A stretch of DNA of 64,000 bases from Antedon mediterranea (lineage: Eukaryota; Animalia; Echinodermata): assembly GCF_964355755.1 (NCBI RefSeq), contig NC_092677.1, forward strand, positions 12,670,101 through 12,734,100. The letters run 5' to 3'. Positions 39,291 through 53,004 of this stretch are shown one piece after another. The number at the start of each line of letters is the position of its first letter. The first letter of the stretch is position 1. The notes below the pieces were generated by a model that saw nothing but the letters and a program-made list of their open reading frames with translations, had not been told where the DNA came from and did not search any database. The translations under genes and the position numbers were made by a program.

Positions 39291-42200
39291 AATTAATATG
39301 CCATCTAATTGTTAAGGGTAGAATTATAAATATGCATATATCAACTAAACCTATTCAAGAGGTTATGTCCAGTTAAACCAATTTAATATTTCTATATTTT
39401 TATCTACAAATTTTTGAAATGTTGAACAATCTGTAGATTGGCATATACCAGTAAATATTATAGGAGTCAGTACACTTTTTTCCCAGCTTATCTTAACAAA
39501 CATAATAGTGAATACGCCAATGAAAGAGTCTGTATTTTTGTAAAATTTTAATTTAGTTATCAATATATGGATCAGCATTATCTTGAAATACATTAAAATT
39601 CTACTGGGATACATACGCGAATGTCACATATATTTTTCATTCAAAATGATTATCTTTGACGGTTAAAATTATGTCCTCATAATCATTGTCAATGTTATAA
39701 TCAAATAAAGTACATTGCCAATATTCCAGTGGGAATGATTAAGCCTGGGAAAGTACGACAAATGGAAAAACACAAGATCCAATCACCTGTTGTATAAATT
39801 CTGCAAAAGAAACTAAATTTAGTTTCACAGTGAGCAATCCCAGAAGTCATTGTGACTCACACTTAATTAACATAACTCACCTGTATGATAATTTAATTTT
39901 AGAAAGTTACTTGGCTGGTTAGGTGGGTTGAATTGTAAAGCAAAGTGTGTTGTAAATTAATATGACAGTCCTCATTTGTCGACAAATGTTGAAAATTAGA
40001 TTTTTGGTAGAACTGAATCCAGGTATCAGAAAAAACAACATGAACTTGCATGCAAAATACACAATCCAGGTCCCAGCCTATTGTCTTTTAACTCCCCTTT
40101 ACTTGTAGGCCTACACAATGCTGGATCTGCCTTTGGTTAGTTCCCCCAAATTTAGACAGCCTTGTTATGTAAAGCTCTGTAGGCACTTATACTCATTTAT
40201 TTTTTATATATTATATAATATGTATGTAGGTTCTCAGAATACTATACAGCACATCCAGAAAACTTTTTTTTTCTGAAAATAAATGTTGTGGGCTTCCTTT
40301 ATACAAATATTATTTTAATTAATATCAAACAACGATTCAAAATATTAGTATGAAATTTAAGAATAACAATAGAGTAACAATGATAATAAAGTAACAACAA
40401 CAATTTACTTGGTAAAACTTTATTTTATCAACATTTTATGTAAACTAAAAAACAGCACAGCAAGTATATAACATTGAATATGTCACAGTGTTTTGTATGA
40501 GTTTAAATTAAAAAAATATATATTTATGATTTGAAAACACTTTATGTTGAATACAAACTAAATGGAAGATGGAATGATTATTAGCAATTTAATTAATCAT
40601 AATATTTAACACCCGATTCACAAATGCAACAAATTACAGGTAAATTTCCTGAGATAATCTTACTGACATACAATGCTTTCACATGCTAGTATGATCATGG
40701 TGTAATACGTAATATAATCGTTAAAGCTTCAACACACAATTTTTCCCCGAGTTTGGGGCACTTTTGTGATTTTTTATATATTTTTATCATTACATTTTGG
40801 CATGTGTGAATCGAGTAATAGTCTAATTTGACAGAATTTTGAATTTTTGGCTAGTTTTCCCAATATTTAGGTTTAATAGCAATCTGTTTCTTTTCAAGTA
40901 AAAAATTTAATTTCCTAAATTGCATTTAAAATCGAGAAGACTTTAAGCACTAAATGTATATAACAAAAACTTTTTTTAAAGACAATATTTGGAAAAACCC
41001 GGAAAAATGTACTCTTTACATATAATAATAACAATAAGTTTATATAAATAATTAAAAGAAAAATAATGCTGTCTTTCCTCCTTGTTAGCATTATTTTTCT
41101 TATAATTATTTAAGTACACCAAAATAATTAGTAATAATTTTAACAAGTGAAACAGTATATTAAATTAATAATTGTCAACAAATATTTTATGTAAATAATT
41201 AAATACAATTCTTTAGGATAAACATCTATAAAACATGTATGAATAGGAAATAAACAAAAACACAGTGCAAAAACAAATTATTAGTATTTTTATAACAATG
41301 ATTTTAGTAAAAATACTGCAACATTTTGCTATTTCAGTGTTTTTTTTATGCACTGCTAAAACTAAACAGTTTAAACACTGACATAGGCCTACAGTGAAAG
41401 AACTGGTAATCAGATAAACAGACAAATTTAGTTGAACTTGATTAACATTCATTGAAAGTTTGAAAAAATAATCAGCTAACTTTAGTCAGCAATTGTTATC
41501 AACAAAAGAAATCAAAATAAATTATAATAGTAGTAAACAAAAAGTGTGTGAGATTATCAAAATAATTTAATTATTATTTAATGATGCACTTGATAGATTC
41601 TTAACCTTTTTTTTTATCTTTACTAAAAATAAATCATGCTTAGTTTTAAAATCTTTGAAATCACATGAAATGTTATTCCCATTCTGTTTGTGTGAAATCA
41701 ACAGAGAGAAAAAATAAAACCTTGCGTTTTCGACACGACATTAGACAACATTAAAGAAATTAAGTATTTCCAAAAATGGTAGAATTTTTAGTTTCAGTAT
41801 TAATAATTGCAGCTGTTTCTATCAATTATTTAATTTGACATCATTTAGGCAGGTTGAACTTCAAACTGTCATCTCCAATTGCTTAAAATTTACAAAAGAT
41901 TTGAACGTGTTGCCATGGATACATCACTTTTAAAACATTTCATGTTGTATCTAGGTGATACAGGACAGTGTAAACTAACACATTTGCCTGAGGCGGTTAT
42001 GAAACTACATACATGCATATTCAATTTACAGGAAAAGTTCACTTTGATCTTTGCCAATCGTCATAGGGTCATTAATTAACAAATAAACTTCCCCAAAGGA
42101 TAACTGGTTAAGAAAGTTTTATAGAAAACTAATTGAAATTTCATTTAAAAAAAAGTTCATTCATGTTTTCTAGGCATACAGGTTCGTTTGTTTTGGAGGT

Positions 42201-44695
42201 GTTTCAAGTTCACTTGTAACGGGTACAGATAGTCTGGAAAACAAACAGCTGTAGCACTCCATAGGGGCTTAGCATAAGGGTTTCCCATAACATAGGCTCG
42301 TTATGAAATTATGCATACAAATCACCACCTTCGGATAATTAATTATCTGAAAGTATTTAAAAGGGCAAAGTACACAAAGAGCGTGAGAAAGGTCAAATTG
42401 GTTTATCTATGTTAAAAAATGCTAACTATATATTTAAACGCATAAAAAAAACAAATTATTAATTATTAATTCCCATAAGAGTGGGAGTGGCCATGGTTAA
42501 GTGGGAAGACTACAGGGTACAGCAGCACTAAGACTTGCTGCATATATGTACACTCTTCTGTGACAATTGTTAAAACTATTCAAAAATCCCTTATGCCATA
42601 AATGGAAGCACCTTATTAGGTCGTGGATTACTAGTAGTATTGAAAAAAAGAAAACATCAAATCATCTATTTATTTATTGTTCCACTCATTTCTATTATAT
42701 GTATTGGCTTTGGCTCACTGTTTTATAAAATGAGTGAGGGCGCTAGAGTAAAATAATGAAAACAGAACTGGATAACCAATCAAAGAAAACATGGTCCGAA
42801 ATTGTCAGTATATTGCGAATATTTTAGAATAAAACTTCAATCGAAATATATTTAATTTAAGTTATATTTATTATTTCACTACAAAAAGTGGGAATTATAA
42901 ATATTACATTTTCAATTACAAAAATTATGGGAACCAAAAAATAAATTGAAAATTATAAAAACATCACAATATTTCTAGAATACAAATGTAATTAGCATTT
43001 AGGAAATCAAAGATGGTTATTGTATTTTATACATGTGAAATCTAGTAGTGTCAATTTGTGAAAGAGTGTTAAATTGTAGATAATTTAGGATAGATACAAA
43101 TCTCATTAAAGTAATATATGTAAAATCAACCAACGTTTCTTAGAAATTAACATTTGTTGTTGATAATCACAGTTATATTGTGATTCTGAGTTTTCAGTTT
43201 TAAACATTTAAAGTATTTTTAAAAAATAGGTAATTTTGCAATTATGCAAAAACTTTGGTAATAACTACTGTACCTTCAAAAGTGGACTCTAAAAACAAGA
43301 AATTATCTCAAAACTTGAATTATATTATGTTCCAAGAGGTCACAAATTCTTTCTAACTATTGTTTTTCTAAGCCTTAGTGTTAATAAAATGTTAACGGCA
43401 TTCAGTTTCTGTTTCATAGAAAATGTTTTTAACTTAAAATTTATGCAGGTATATAAAATATAAAATAAACTGATGATTGTAATGTTGTGGGTAACTTTGG
43501 TTTAATGTGAAAACATGGATCTTTTGGCTAATAAAAAGTTACAAAATTATATAAACAAAGACAACTATTTATATCTTATAAACCACTTTATATAACAATA
43601 CCATAATCTTCTGTTGAGTGACATACCAGATGGATGAATATAAATATATGGTGTCAGTCACCACATAAAAATTAATTTCATAAAAGTCTTACAAGCATAT
43701 GTACATACGGGCAGAAATATTTAGTGGGCATCATACTAAATATGAACTTTGTTCGTTCGCTTCAGGGTATGTTAGTTACATAAGTTTTGGTTGTGGACAG
43801 ACAAATGAGCACAGTTTGGAGATGAACATTTTTGTCTGTGATTATTGAGGACTTTTGAAAAAAAAAAGGTTTATTATCATTACCGTAAATGTATTTATAT
43901 AGTGTCAGAAATAACAATAAATTTAACTAATTTTTTTGGTATTTAAGTAAATTAAGAGAATATTTATAATTACAGCCTGTCCAAAATCTTGTAATAATAA
44001 TAATCAACACAGAACAGATCATAGAGGATAATACTGTCAAGCTATCATAGACATTCTAGTACTGTATCATCAAGACAGTATAAAAATAGTTCCAAAAAAA
44101 GGCACCCCCACAATAAGCACACTTTAATTGCGGGGTCCTACACCAGTTAATTTGGCCAGTTGACCACCACATGCCTGTAGGTGTTTATTGCACAATTTAC
44201 AGTCAAATTTAGTAAAGATCACTGTGTATTATTAGTAGGAAGTTGAAAGCTTAAAATAACCCTGGGAATCCAGGCCAGCTCTAATGAAATGGGTCAAGAA
44301 AAAAAATTAATTACATCTGCTAACAAGGACCAACCAATCAACAAAGTTCATAAAGTGTTAATTTAAATACTTCTTCCATTAAACGACTCTTTTTTATGTT
44401 CATTTTGGGACTGTAATTGATAGGCATAGCCAACGGGAAATTACTGCTGGTATTAACCTTGTTAGATTGGTTGATATATTTTAATAGAGCTTTGTGTGTG
44501 GGAGAAGGGGAGGGATGTGGGTACTGTAATTAAAAGAAAAATAATTCTATGCCAGAAAACAAAATAATGCCTCTTAGTCGTGTTCTTAGTACTATCTTGT
44601 TTACGAGAAGTTATATAGAACTATATAATAATTTAAAACCTTAAGTTGAAAAGTGACAGAAAATCAGCTGAATACAAAAAAGACAATTTATGTAA

Positions 44696-44817
44696 AGCTT
44701 GGTTCCCACTAGAAATGCAGGAACCAATGACAAGTGATGGTTTAAATAATTTATTGCTTGTGATAGGTCAAATCTTACGCTACGTCCTTGCTTTGCATCT
44801 CTATTGGGAACTAAGCA
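44696..44817. mobile_element. MITE family B copy (internally deleted)
   Basis: taa|agcttggttcccactag...ctattgggaactaagca|taa, showing TIRs and a TAA duplication. Confidence 0.85.
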
Positions 44818-44930
44818 TAAGAGATACTGACATTCTGCCAGAGAGATGGACACTGGTGTGCCAAAGGAACATCTTCCCAATATACAGTCCGAGTAAGATA
44901 TCTCTAACTATTGTACTGCCAATTACCTAA

Positions 44931-45045
44931 AGCTCTGTCTGCACTATCTAACTTTGTGACAAAAAATGTGATGTTTCCATATATGGACATCATCATCATC
45001 ACTACCATATCTGGGCACATCAAACTAGTTTGATAGTGTAGACAG
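44931..45045. mobile_element. MITE family A copy 5
   Basis: taa|agctctgtctgcactatc...aaactagtttgatagtgtagacag. Confidence 0.85.
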
Positions 45046-46379
45046 TAAAGACAATCCATAGTGAAACCTTAAAATTTAATTTTTTCAACAACAGAAACTG
45101 AATGTCAGAGAAGTTAGACGTTGAGTTGCAACTATGTAGATGAGAGGAACAACTTGTTAACGCTTCATACAAACAATTGAAAGAATCCGCAGACTTAAGA
45201 CAAAGAACGATAAAAACAATGTAAGTACAAACTGTAAATCCCTTAAAGGTAATTAATATAACGATTTAAATTTATTCGTTACTTAAAAAGTTTCTCTTTG
45301 CGACAAAGATGATTTTTGAATTGATTCAATATCAAACACAATGATACAATACGAAGTAGGTGAACTAGAGTTTAATCGTAAATCACTTAGTCTTAGTTAG
45401 ATGTAAATGAGCGGTTAAGTTGTCTTTTATCAAAGTGAGATGCCGGGGTTGGATTAAGGAACATTTAATTCCAGCAATGAATGTTCCATTCAAGCTAAAA
45501 ATAAGAAGCGTTATTTACTTTTATTGCTTTTACTATTTGAATAATTAATTTTTGGAGCTTACATGTATAATGTCATGTTGTTGGCTTTATACCTCAAGAC
45601 TAGATGGAGGACATTCTGGATATTAACCAGAAGTATAGGGAAAGATAATGAAGATGATACATAGCTTTAATAAAGATTGCGATAAATCTTAATACCAGAT
45701 ATACCTATAACAAACTATAGTAGTGTACTATAAACATGAAACAAGTAGGCTACATCTGCAAGATGGAAAATAATTACACAACCCCAAATTCTTCTGTTTT
45801 GTACAGAACAGGTTGGATAAATTTTAATAACAGGAGAATATGAACTTATCATTACCACCAAGAAGGAAAATTTTGTTTCATCTCTGTTTGTTTTTCTGTC
45901 CATATGCAAGATATCCTAAAAGTGTCAATCACTAATTAGTTATTAATTTTGGATGATTAATACAGTAAAGACAACTAACATGTGTAGTCCTATTGGATTA
46001 AGTCTTTCATTGGTGAAGGTCTTTAAAGAGGGAGACCTTTGAAATAAACAAACCTAACTTTACGTAGAAGAATTAATAACAGATAAGCATGGGAAAAGCT
46101 CTCTGAAAACAATACCACCATGCCAATATGAATCTTATGAGTTTATTGTCAAAATCTATTAATATTCATCATAATTTATACATAGTGTTTAGAATCAACA
46201 GGTTGGAAGTTCACAAAGGTTATGACAGAAATGTGGTTATCATGGTGAAGTAAAAATAAACACAATTTTATTGATTGTAAACATGTTTTGTTTATACCTA
46301 TAGCAAAGGAGAGAACATCTAAAAGTAACCTTTTTGTATCTGTATTATGTAACTATTTAGTAAAAATGTTGTTGTAAAT

Positions 46380-46520
46380 TTATTTTTGGTAAAGCTCTTT
46401 GTCTGGTAAACTTTTTGTTGCTAAACTTATTGTTTGATAAATTTGTTGTTTGGTAAACTAATTTTTGGTAAATTATTTTTGGTAAACTTTTGGTTTGGTA
46501 AACTTTTGGTTTGGTTACCG
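46380..46520. repeat. Degenerate TTTTGGTAAACT tandem repeat
   Basis: Repeated tttggtaaactt motifs. Confidence 0.75.
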
Positions 46521-46923
46521 TACCTGTTTTAGAGGAGAAAAATGGTTATTATAGACACTTATATTAATACAGCTGGAAAGACTTTGGTTTATATTACAAG
46601 GCATGATTGGTAAAAACAGAAAACAAATTGCAAAAATAATATAAAAATGTACATTAAAAATACACATGCCAACATTCCACAAACAATACATTAATGTATA
46701 TATCTGATATAGCCATACTAACAATATACATGGATATTTTTAAATTTATACAAGGGGAATGGGGTTGAAGTAGACAAAGGGGACAAATAGACAGATATGG
46801 TAACGCAAAAAACCCCTGGGCTATATTTCAATTTTTGGTATAGACTTGACAAATAATTCCACTAATGAACATTAAAACAAAATTACGTTTTTTTACTAGG
46901 GGTGAATATTTCTAGGTCATAGT

Positions 46924-46929
46924 TTTATT
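46924..46929 (-). promoter_or_regulatory. Candidate polyadenylation signal (AATAAA) for the coiled-coil gene
   Basis: tttatt on the + strand about 820 nt downstream of the stop codon. Such hexamers are common in AT-rich DNA, so support is weak. Confidence 0.25.
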
Positions 46930-47749
46930 AGACAGGTATGTTGAAGTCATCAGAGAAAATTACTTTCAAGGTCATTTACTGGGGACATTATTTTAATTTG
47001 TTATAAAATGTCACATGATGGTAAAATTATATCATGTATACTGTACAGGCCTTTGTTGTTGAAACGCCAGACGATGGGCTTTATACTGGTTTCGTCGGTA
47101 ACGTCAAAGTAATAGTGAGGTAATTTTCACCTGGTATTAACCACACTTGATTGATGTCACCCTACTTCTCGGCAATCAGTCAGTTTTCCGAGCCAATAAG
47201 AACAGCTGAAATATACTTGAAAAAGCACCACCATGACAAAAATATACTTCACATAGAATGAAACAATAAATGAGTAGAAAAAAGGTGAAATAGCACATGA
47301 AAAAATATCAGCTTTTGGGATAATTAAAAAACAGGATGCTGAATAGATTAAGAGGAAATGAATGATGCGCACACCAATTATGCCGTGGATACTAAATTTC
47401 CAAATGAACGCGATCTCATTTATCTTTCATCAATCATGGAGAAAAACGTAAATGGATAAGATTAGATTAATGCCACGTTGAAAGGTATTAGCAGCTGTCT
47501 GTATGTGGCTTATTGATCAGCGTATGTTCAACATTCGGCAGGGTACACAGCGCAACAAATGAACATGATCGTAGAAAATATCTACATCAAATCCTAGACC
47601 TGGTCAATATTAAAGAAATGTCTGGCTTGTAAGTCGCGTCTTTAAAGTAAGATATAAAATGTACTATTTTCTTTTAAAGTACGCACACACACAGAGATTA
47701 TCCTGGCAGAATGAGATTAAGAAAAATCCATTTTAAATCAGCGAGTTGG

Positions 47750-48502
47750 TCAATGTTTCTTTAAATAATGCTGAGTGGATTTAGGTTTATATGCTTCGTT
47801 CGCTGAGCTTGCGTCACCTCTGCTACCATGCGACCAGATGCTGGTCGTAGACCCAGTTGAACCTTTAAGACTTGGCAGAGATTTTGTACCTTTTCTGCCT
47901 TGTTTTAACTTTAAATTTTCTTCTTTAATTAAACTTAATTCACGTTTTAGTAGTACAAATTCTTTAAAGGTAACTTCCTCTTTTGAGGCAGAGTTTGATG
48001 ATTGAATTTTTAATTTCTTTTTCAATTTTTCTAATTCATCTTCAACTTCGCGAAGTAAAACAGACAAGTTTGCATTAGCATTTCGTAAATCAAGCAGTGT
48101 GTTTGTTTTATCTAAAAGTTGCTCCTTGTATGAAACAGCATTCTCTCTGTGAACTAACATTTCGTTTTCAGCACCCTCAACCTGTTTCGTCAACCTAACA
48201 ACCTCTTTCTTCAACTTAACTAACTCTGCATGGTCTTCGTAATTATAAGGCTCTGGAGGACAAGACAGTATACTTTCTTTATTTTTTAGTTGTAGGCTCA
48301 ATTCACGTACCTTCTGCTTGGCTTCCTGTAGGTCCAGTGAGAGTTCTGAAGCCTGCTTCTCCAGTGGTCTAAGATTTTCAAGGTCAGCCTCCAGGATTTG
48401 ACATTTGTTAGTATTTGCTGTATTATTTTCTTGCAATCGGATATTATCTTTTTTAAACTTCACAACTTCTTCAATTGCTTTTTCCATCTGCTGATTAAGT
48501 AC
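47750..48502 (-). CDS. Last coding exon (250 codons plus stop) of an uncharacterised coiled-coil protein
   Basis: Only long non-repetitive ORF in the window. It is E/K/L/Q-rich with heptad character and has a Ser/Gly-rich tail. The acceptor atatctccatag|GTACTTAATCAGCAGATG (AG at 48504-48503) adds VLNQQ in frame before the listed Met. Confidence 0.9.
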   Translation of the reverse strand, partial: VLNQQMEKAIEEVVKFKKDNIRLQENNTANTNKCQILEADLENLRPLEKQASELSLDLQEAKQKVRELSLQLKNKESILSCPPEPYNYEDHAELVKLKKEVVRLTKQVEGAENEMLVHRENAVSYKEQLLDKTNTLLDLRNANANLSVLLREVEDELEKLKKKLKIQSSNSASKEEVTFKEFVLLKRELSLIKEENLKLKQGRKGTKSLPSLKGSTGSTTSIWSHGSRGDASSANEAYKPKSTQHYLKKH

Positions 48503-48589
48503 CTATGGAGATATAAATTACACATTCAAATTATAACTGCTGTTTATAGGCTTGAACAAACTTTCTAATCGGCTAAAATTAAAATATTT

Positions 48590-48849
48590 TATTTATACTG
48601 GGCGAACTCTCTAGTTATGATCAGTGGCTGTGATGTACTAGTACACCTGGGTAACCTCCTACTCGTCTTGAAAGTTGTACTAGGTTCTTTAAAGTGCACA
48701 TGAGCTAGATGTGTACACTGGACCTATAGTCCTTATCCGAGGAGACTTGTTCTACTACCAGAACCATGGAGTGAGTGAGGCTCAAACCCTTGCCGATGTT
48801 AATTTTGGAAATGTATTACGGTTTCACTGTCTTAACTGCTCGGCCACTT
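48590..48849 (-). mobile_element. tRNA-derived SINE with a Deu/Nin-like central domain (intronic)
   Basis: The minus strand starts agtggccgagcagttaagacag (A-box), has gggtttgagcc (B-box-like), then ctcggataaggactataggtcc...gcactttaaagaacc. The domain assignment is from memory of SINE core motifs. Confidence 0.65.
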
Positions 48850-51450
48850 ACAAGCTATAATAAGTGGCCTAGGGTATGATTTCTGAATTGTGATTTGAAG
48901 ATCCTTGGTTTGAGTCCAACCTGTAAACTTATACGGAATCATAGCAAGTATTCAATATACAGTATCTACATCATATCAGAATCGGTTAGTTATGGTGTCC
49001 CCTGAATGGGGGTTGGGATGTTCCCCTTCTGTTTTCTTTCACATTAACATTTAAAACTGTTAAAACAATTTAAAAGTTTAATTCAAAGAAAGTTAATTCT
49101 ACTGCATTTTAGTCATGCATAGTGACACGAAATTGTCTACTTACTTGAGTCTGAGTACAATTTATCTAAGTTCTATATCTAGAATCATGAGAATGCCAAG
49201 CGGCTAAATCAAAGAGTCACAAACAACAATAAATTAACTAACAAATATTATATAAATTTTAATAAGTTCACATACCGAAAGTACTAATCACGTACATACG
49301 TGACTTTGTTGTCACATGACCTTCCTTTTTATTCAGCACTTTGGGAATTCAGTTATTTCCAGCATTTATGTAATTTTAATTTTCAAACAAAAATGTACAG
49401 TATTAATCATTTTCTTTAACTAAACAGCTTAGATTATGGGATAATATTCACAATCTCACACAAAATAACAAATAAATAAAAAGCAAAAAGTATAAAAAAT
49501 AAACAAAATTCTAAAACATATCTGTTGACATGCCAAATAATAAAAAAATAATAAAATATAAATACAAACATTTTATTTAGAATACTTATTAGGACAAAAA
49601 CTATCTTAATATTACAAAAAATGTTGTCGATGGTTTAAATGAGAAAAATTTTGAAATATTTTAAAATGAAATAATTCTTTACAAAATATAATTTGTTGTG
49701 ATGCCATAAACTATAACCGTATTACATTCTTGTTATGTAATCATAGAAAGTGATAATATGAAAAGAAAAAAAAAACTGAAAGCATTAAAAAATTAACACT
49801 ACTACATTTTGCAAACACATCATTTCAGAAGTTGTAATCTGTCGCCTGTCAGGAAAACAGCCACATAGAGTTCATGTTAGTCCTTGGAGTTTAGAAATAC
49901 TGAGTGTCACATTTGACAACAAAACCGAGGCTTATTACTTAATGTTACATCTACCACCTCAACACATTAAACACGCATCAAGACAAGATTCACGACAGAC
50001 GACACAGCCGGAACAGGTAAAATGATATGCATATTAGCTTCCTCAATAATTACTATTTTACAGAATGTTCTGTATGTACGAATCGCTAGATGCTTATATT
50101 ACAAATTATATTTTCTTTAATAAATGAAAATATTATATTTCACATTTATTTCACAGTTGTCATAATTATTTAGATATATATTTGTTAAAATGTTTACATT
50201 TGTATATCTCTTATAAATTATTGACAATTAACTTTAGACCTTAAAGTTTCAAGATATTGTAATAAAATACTTTATTACATACAAATGAATACTCTAAAGT
50301 CATATAATATTCATTTATACTTTACATTAACAATAGAAGAAACCCTTCTTTCAAACATCCTTATTAAGGGGATACTTCCCTGTGTGTGAGACAAACAAGA
50401 AGAACTATGTTATAACACTTTGGCCAACCCTTAAGGAGACACTTTCTTAGGTCCCAAAGAAGAACTCCAAAATTGAAACGGCCACATGATTGGAACTATT
50501 GAATTAGGTTTGCTGATGGTAAAGTTGCTCGATAAAATTCACAATCAACCATTTTAATTATTTATTGCTCGTTTCATATAATTTGACATATAAAACCTAT
50601 TAATGAATTTACCATACCAGGAAACAAAAAAAACCCATTTTAATGTCATTAACATTGTGGTCTGCAAAATTCACTATGTTCCAGTCCTACTGTAGTTTAT
50701 TTACTGTTTTCAAACCTGACTTGGCAAACAATTAACAAAAAATTACAATGTAATCTTATTCTAAATAAAATTATGTCCCCGTTTCTAGGAAAGTCTTGAT
50801 ACTATAAAACTACGATAATTGCTTAATAATGTTCAAACAAACAAAACTTGAACACTTTCCAAAAAGAAATTTTAAGAAAAAATGTTCTTAGAATCTAGAG
50901 AGATTTTGTCAAGTGTAAGACATGTATAAGCAATTAGAAATGGTCCCGTAGGCCCATCCAAATCAAAGACACGCTTCTCAACCACAGAACCGAGATTTTC
51001 TCATGAACTTATATGAAAATAACAGCCTGAAAGTTGTTATTATCTATTATGAATATGACTCATATTGATTATGAACCTATAAAAAAATAATTCAATAAAG
51101 AACACTAAAGTAAGAAGGTAACATTATTTCAAACAAAAGTACTAATATGAATTATTACTGTTGAGTTGATTTCTTAGGACGAAAGGTAACTATGCAAAGG
51201 TAACTATGCCTTTATGGTTTCCAAGAGATTTTTTTTTCCTGGAGTGACACAAAAATGCGCTTACTCAAGAAGCTTATGACAATTGGAAAATAAAGTTTTT
51301 TTGATATAAAAAAATACATAAAATTACATTATAAAAAAAAGAATTTTTCATTCTATTTTTGTTATTGTACAGTTTATTTTGTACCTACTTCTAAAAAACT
51401 ATGTTATAATGATAAACAAAACAACTGTTAAGAAAGACCTTGGTATAATC

Positions 51451-52654
51451 CAGACCTTGATTTAAAAGGAGCGCCATGGCGCTGACGCTCCTTGGCGCTC
51501 CTGAAAACGATCAAAGGAGCGCCTAAAATAGCGCTCCCCAACCTGTTACAGTGCGTCATAAAAATATATAAGAATATTAACCCCGAATACAACACACAGT
51601 CTATATATAGTCGCGCAAACGATCTTTGTTATGGCTACCCCCGATAGGCTAGGCGCGCCTACGATCTTTGATGTTGCGAGAAAAATATCGTAAACAATTC
51701 ATTCTAAATATAGTATCAGAACGTTTAATCGGTCGCTCAAAAAGACTGCCGACAGAAGACCGTAATTATACAGACCTAGTTTTTTTGGTCACATGGCATG
51801 AAACGCGATACTTTCTGCTTTTAACCGCAACATCTCACATGTTTTTTTTTTTTAACTCAGTACGAGAGGGTGGCTGGCCGACGATAAACAGTAATTAAGA
51901 TCGTGTACCTGGATTTTGTGTCACATGACATGAAACATAATACTCTCTGATCTGATCTTAACTGCTCACATGTTTTCCCCTCCAAATTCTGGTCGGGCCT
52001 TTTCTTAAGCCTTAATTAATATGGAATATATATTTATTTTGCATATATTTTGTTGGTGTCCTAGCCTACATAGGCTAGGTGTGATTGTTTTTATAATTCG
52101 CTAACCCAAGGTAGGATTAAATAATTTATAGTGTAGGCCGCCGAAACTAGACTAGGCCTAGATAGCCTCGACTCTCTCTCTGCGTGAGCTGAGGTCCACG
52201 GACCCGATGTCGTCTCGTCGGCGGATTTCCAAATTAGGATAACCTATGCGTAGGCCTAGCTAGGGTGGCTACAAAAATTGTCAACTATCTTTAGATAGGA
52301 TTTTAATTAGCAAACAATACATTGTTTGTTTTCATTGTCCATGCTTCTAAAGGCGATGACAATACAATGGTGTTTACTAACCCTACGAACCACCCTACGA
52401 TCGACGCGTATTTAGATAATTATCATAACAATACATCGTAGACTAAGTTCAGAGAACAATGACCTACGATGAATTTTACGTGCGAGAGTACCATTTCCGG
52501 CCATCTAGAGGTGTCATTTATCAAAATTCGGCTCGCCGCAGGCCCAACCATGGTGGGCCTGTGCCTCGGATACTTAATCAAAATAATGGCTCTCCTCAAC
52601 ATATTGAGGAGAGCCATTAGGAGCTCTCCTCTTATATTTATAAATCAAGGTCTG
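51451..52654. mobile_element. 1204-bp non-autonomous DNA transposon, hAT-like TIRs, 6-bp TSD
   Basis: TIR cagaccttgattta (51451) / taaatcaaggtctg (ends 52654), flanked by ataatc at 51445-51450 and 52655-52660. Subterminal ggagcgcc/ggcgctcc/ggagagcc repeats are present. The interior is GC-richer and has no transposase ORF. Confidence 0.88.
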
Positions 52655-53004
52655 ATAATCATTAAAAAACATAATCCACAAATAGATGCGTGGTCGGTGT
52701 TAATGTTAAATAAACTAATACCGTAGTAATTTGCTATTTATATACTTATATCCATAAAAGATATTAAACAACATTAAATCGCAATGTAATGGCAATTTAA
52801 GGCCAATTAGGATCATCCTACGAGTAGCACGTAAGCCTTGACTCTAGTCACCTGAATTTAAATTTTCAAATGCAGCATTCAGGTGTTAATTGTGTTTTTG
52901 TCCAGTTTATTGCTAAGTACCTCATTATCTGTATTTGTTTACCTTTCCATTTAGTGACACTATGAATATTATGACATTATGACAATATGAATAGCTAAAA
53001 ACAA

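Noticed and set aside
43685-43785. TTTGTTCGTTCG matching the 5' 12 nt of miR-375, within a weak hairpin
   Set aside because: The 3' half diverges from miR-375 and the match is not paired along a proper pre-miRNA arm.
47738-47752. UGA-C stop context suggesting readthrough or selenocysteine
   Set aside because: Another in-frame TGA follows after three codons (PTR), and no SECIS element could be identified.
47775-48005. 76-aa plus-strand ORF
   Set aside because: It is an antisense shadow of the real minus-strand exon.
51668-52726. Short ORFs within the 1.2-kb transposon
   Set aside because: They have no DDE, BED or dimerisation motifs and are too short for a transposase.
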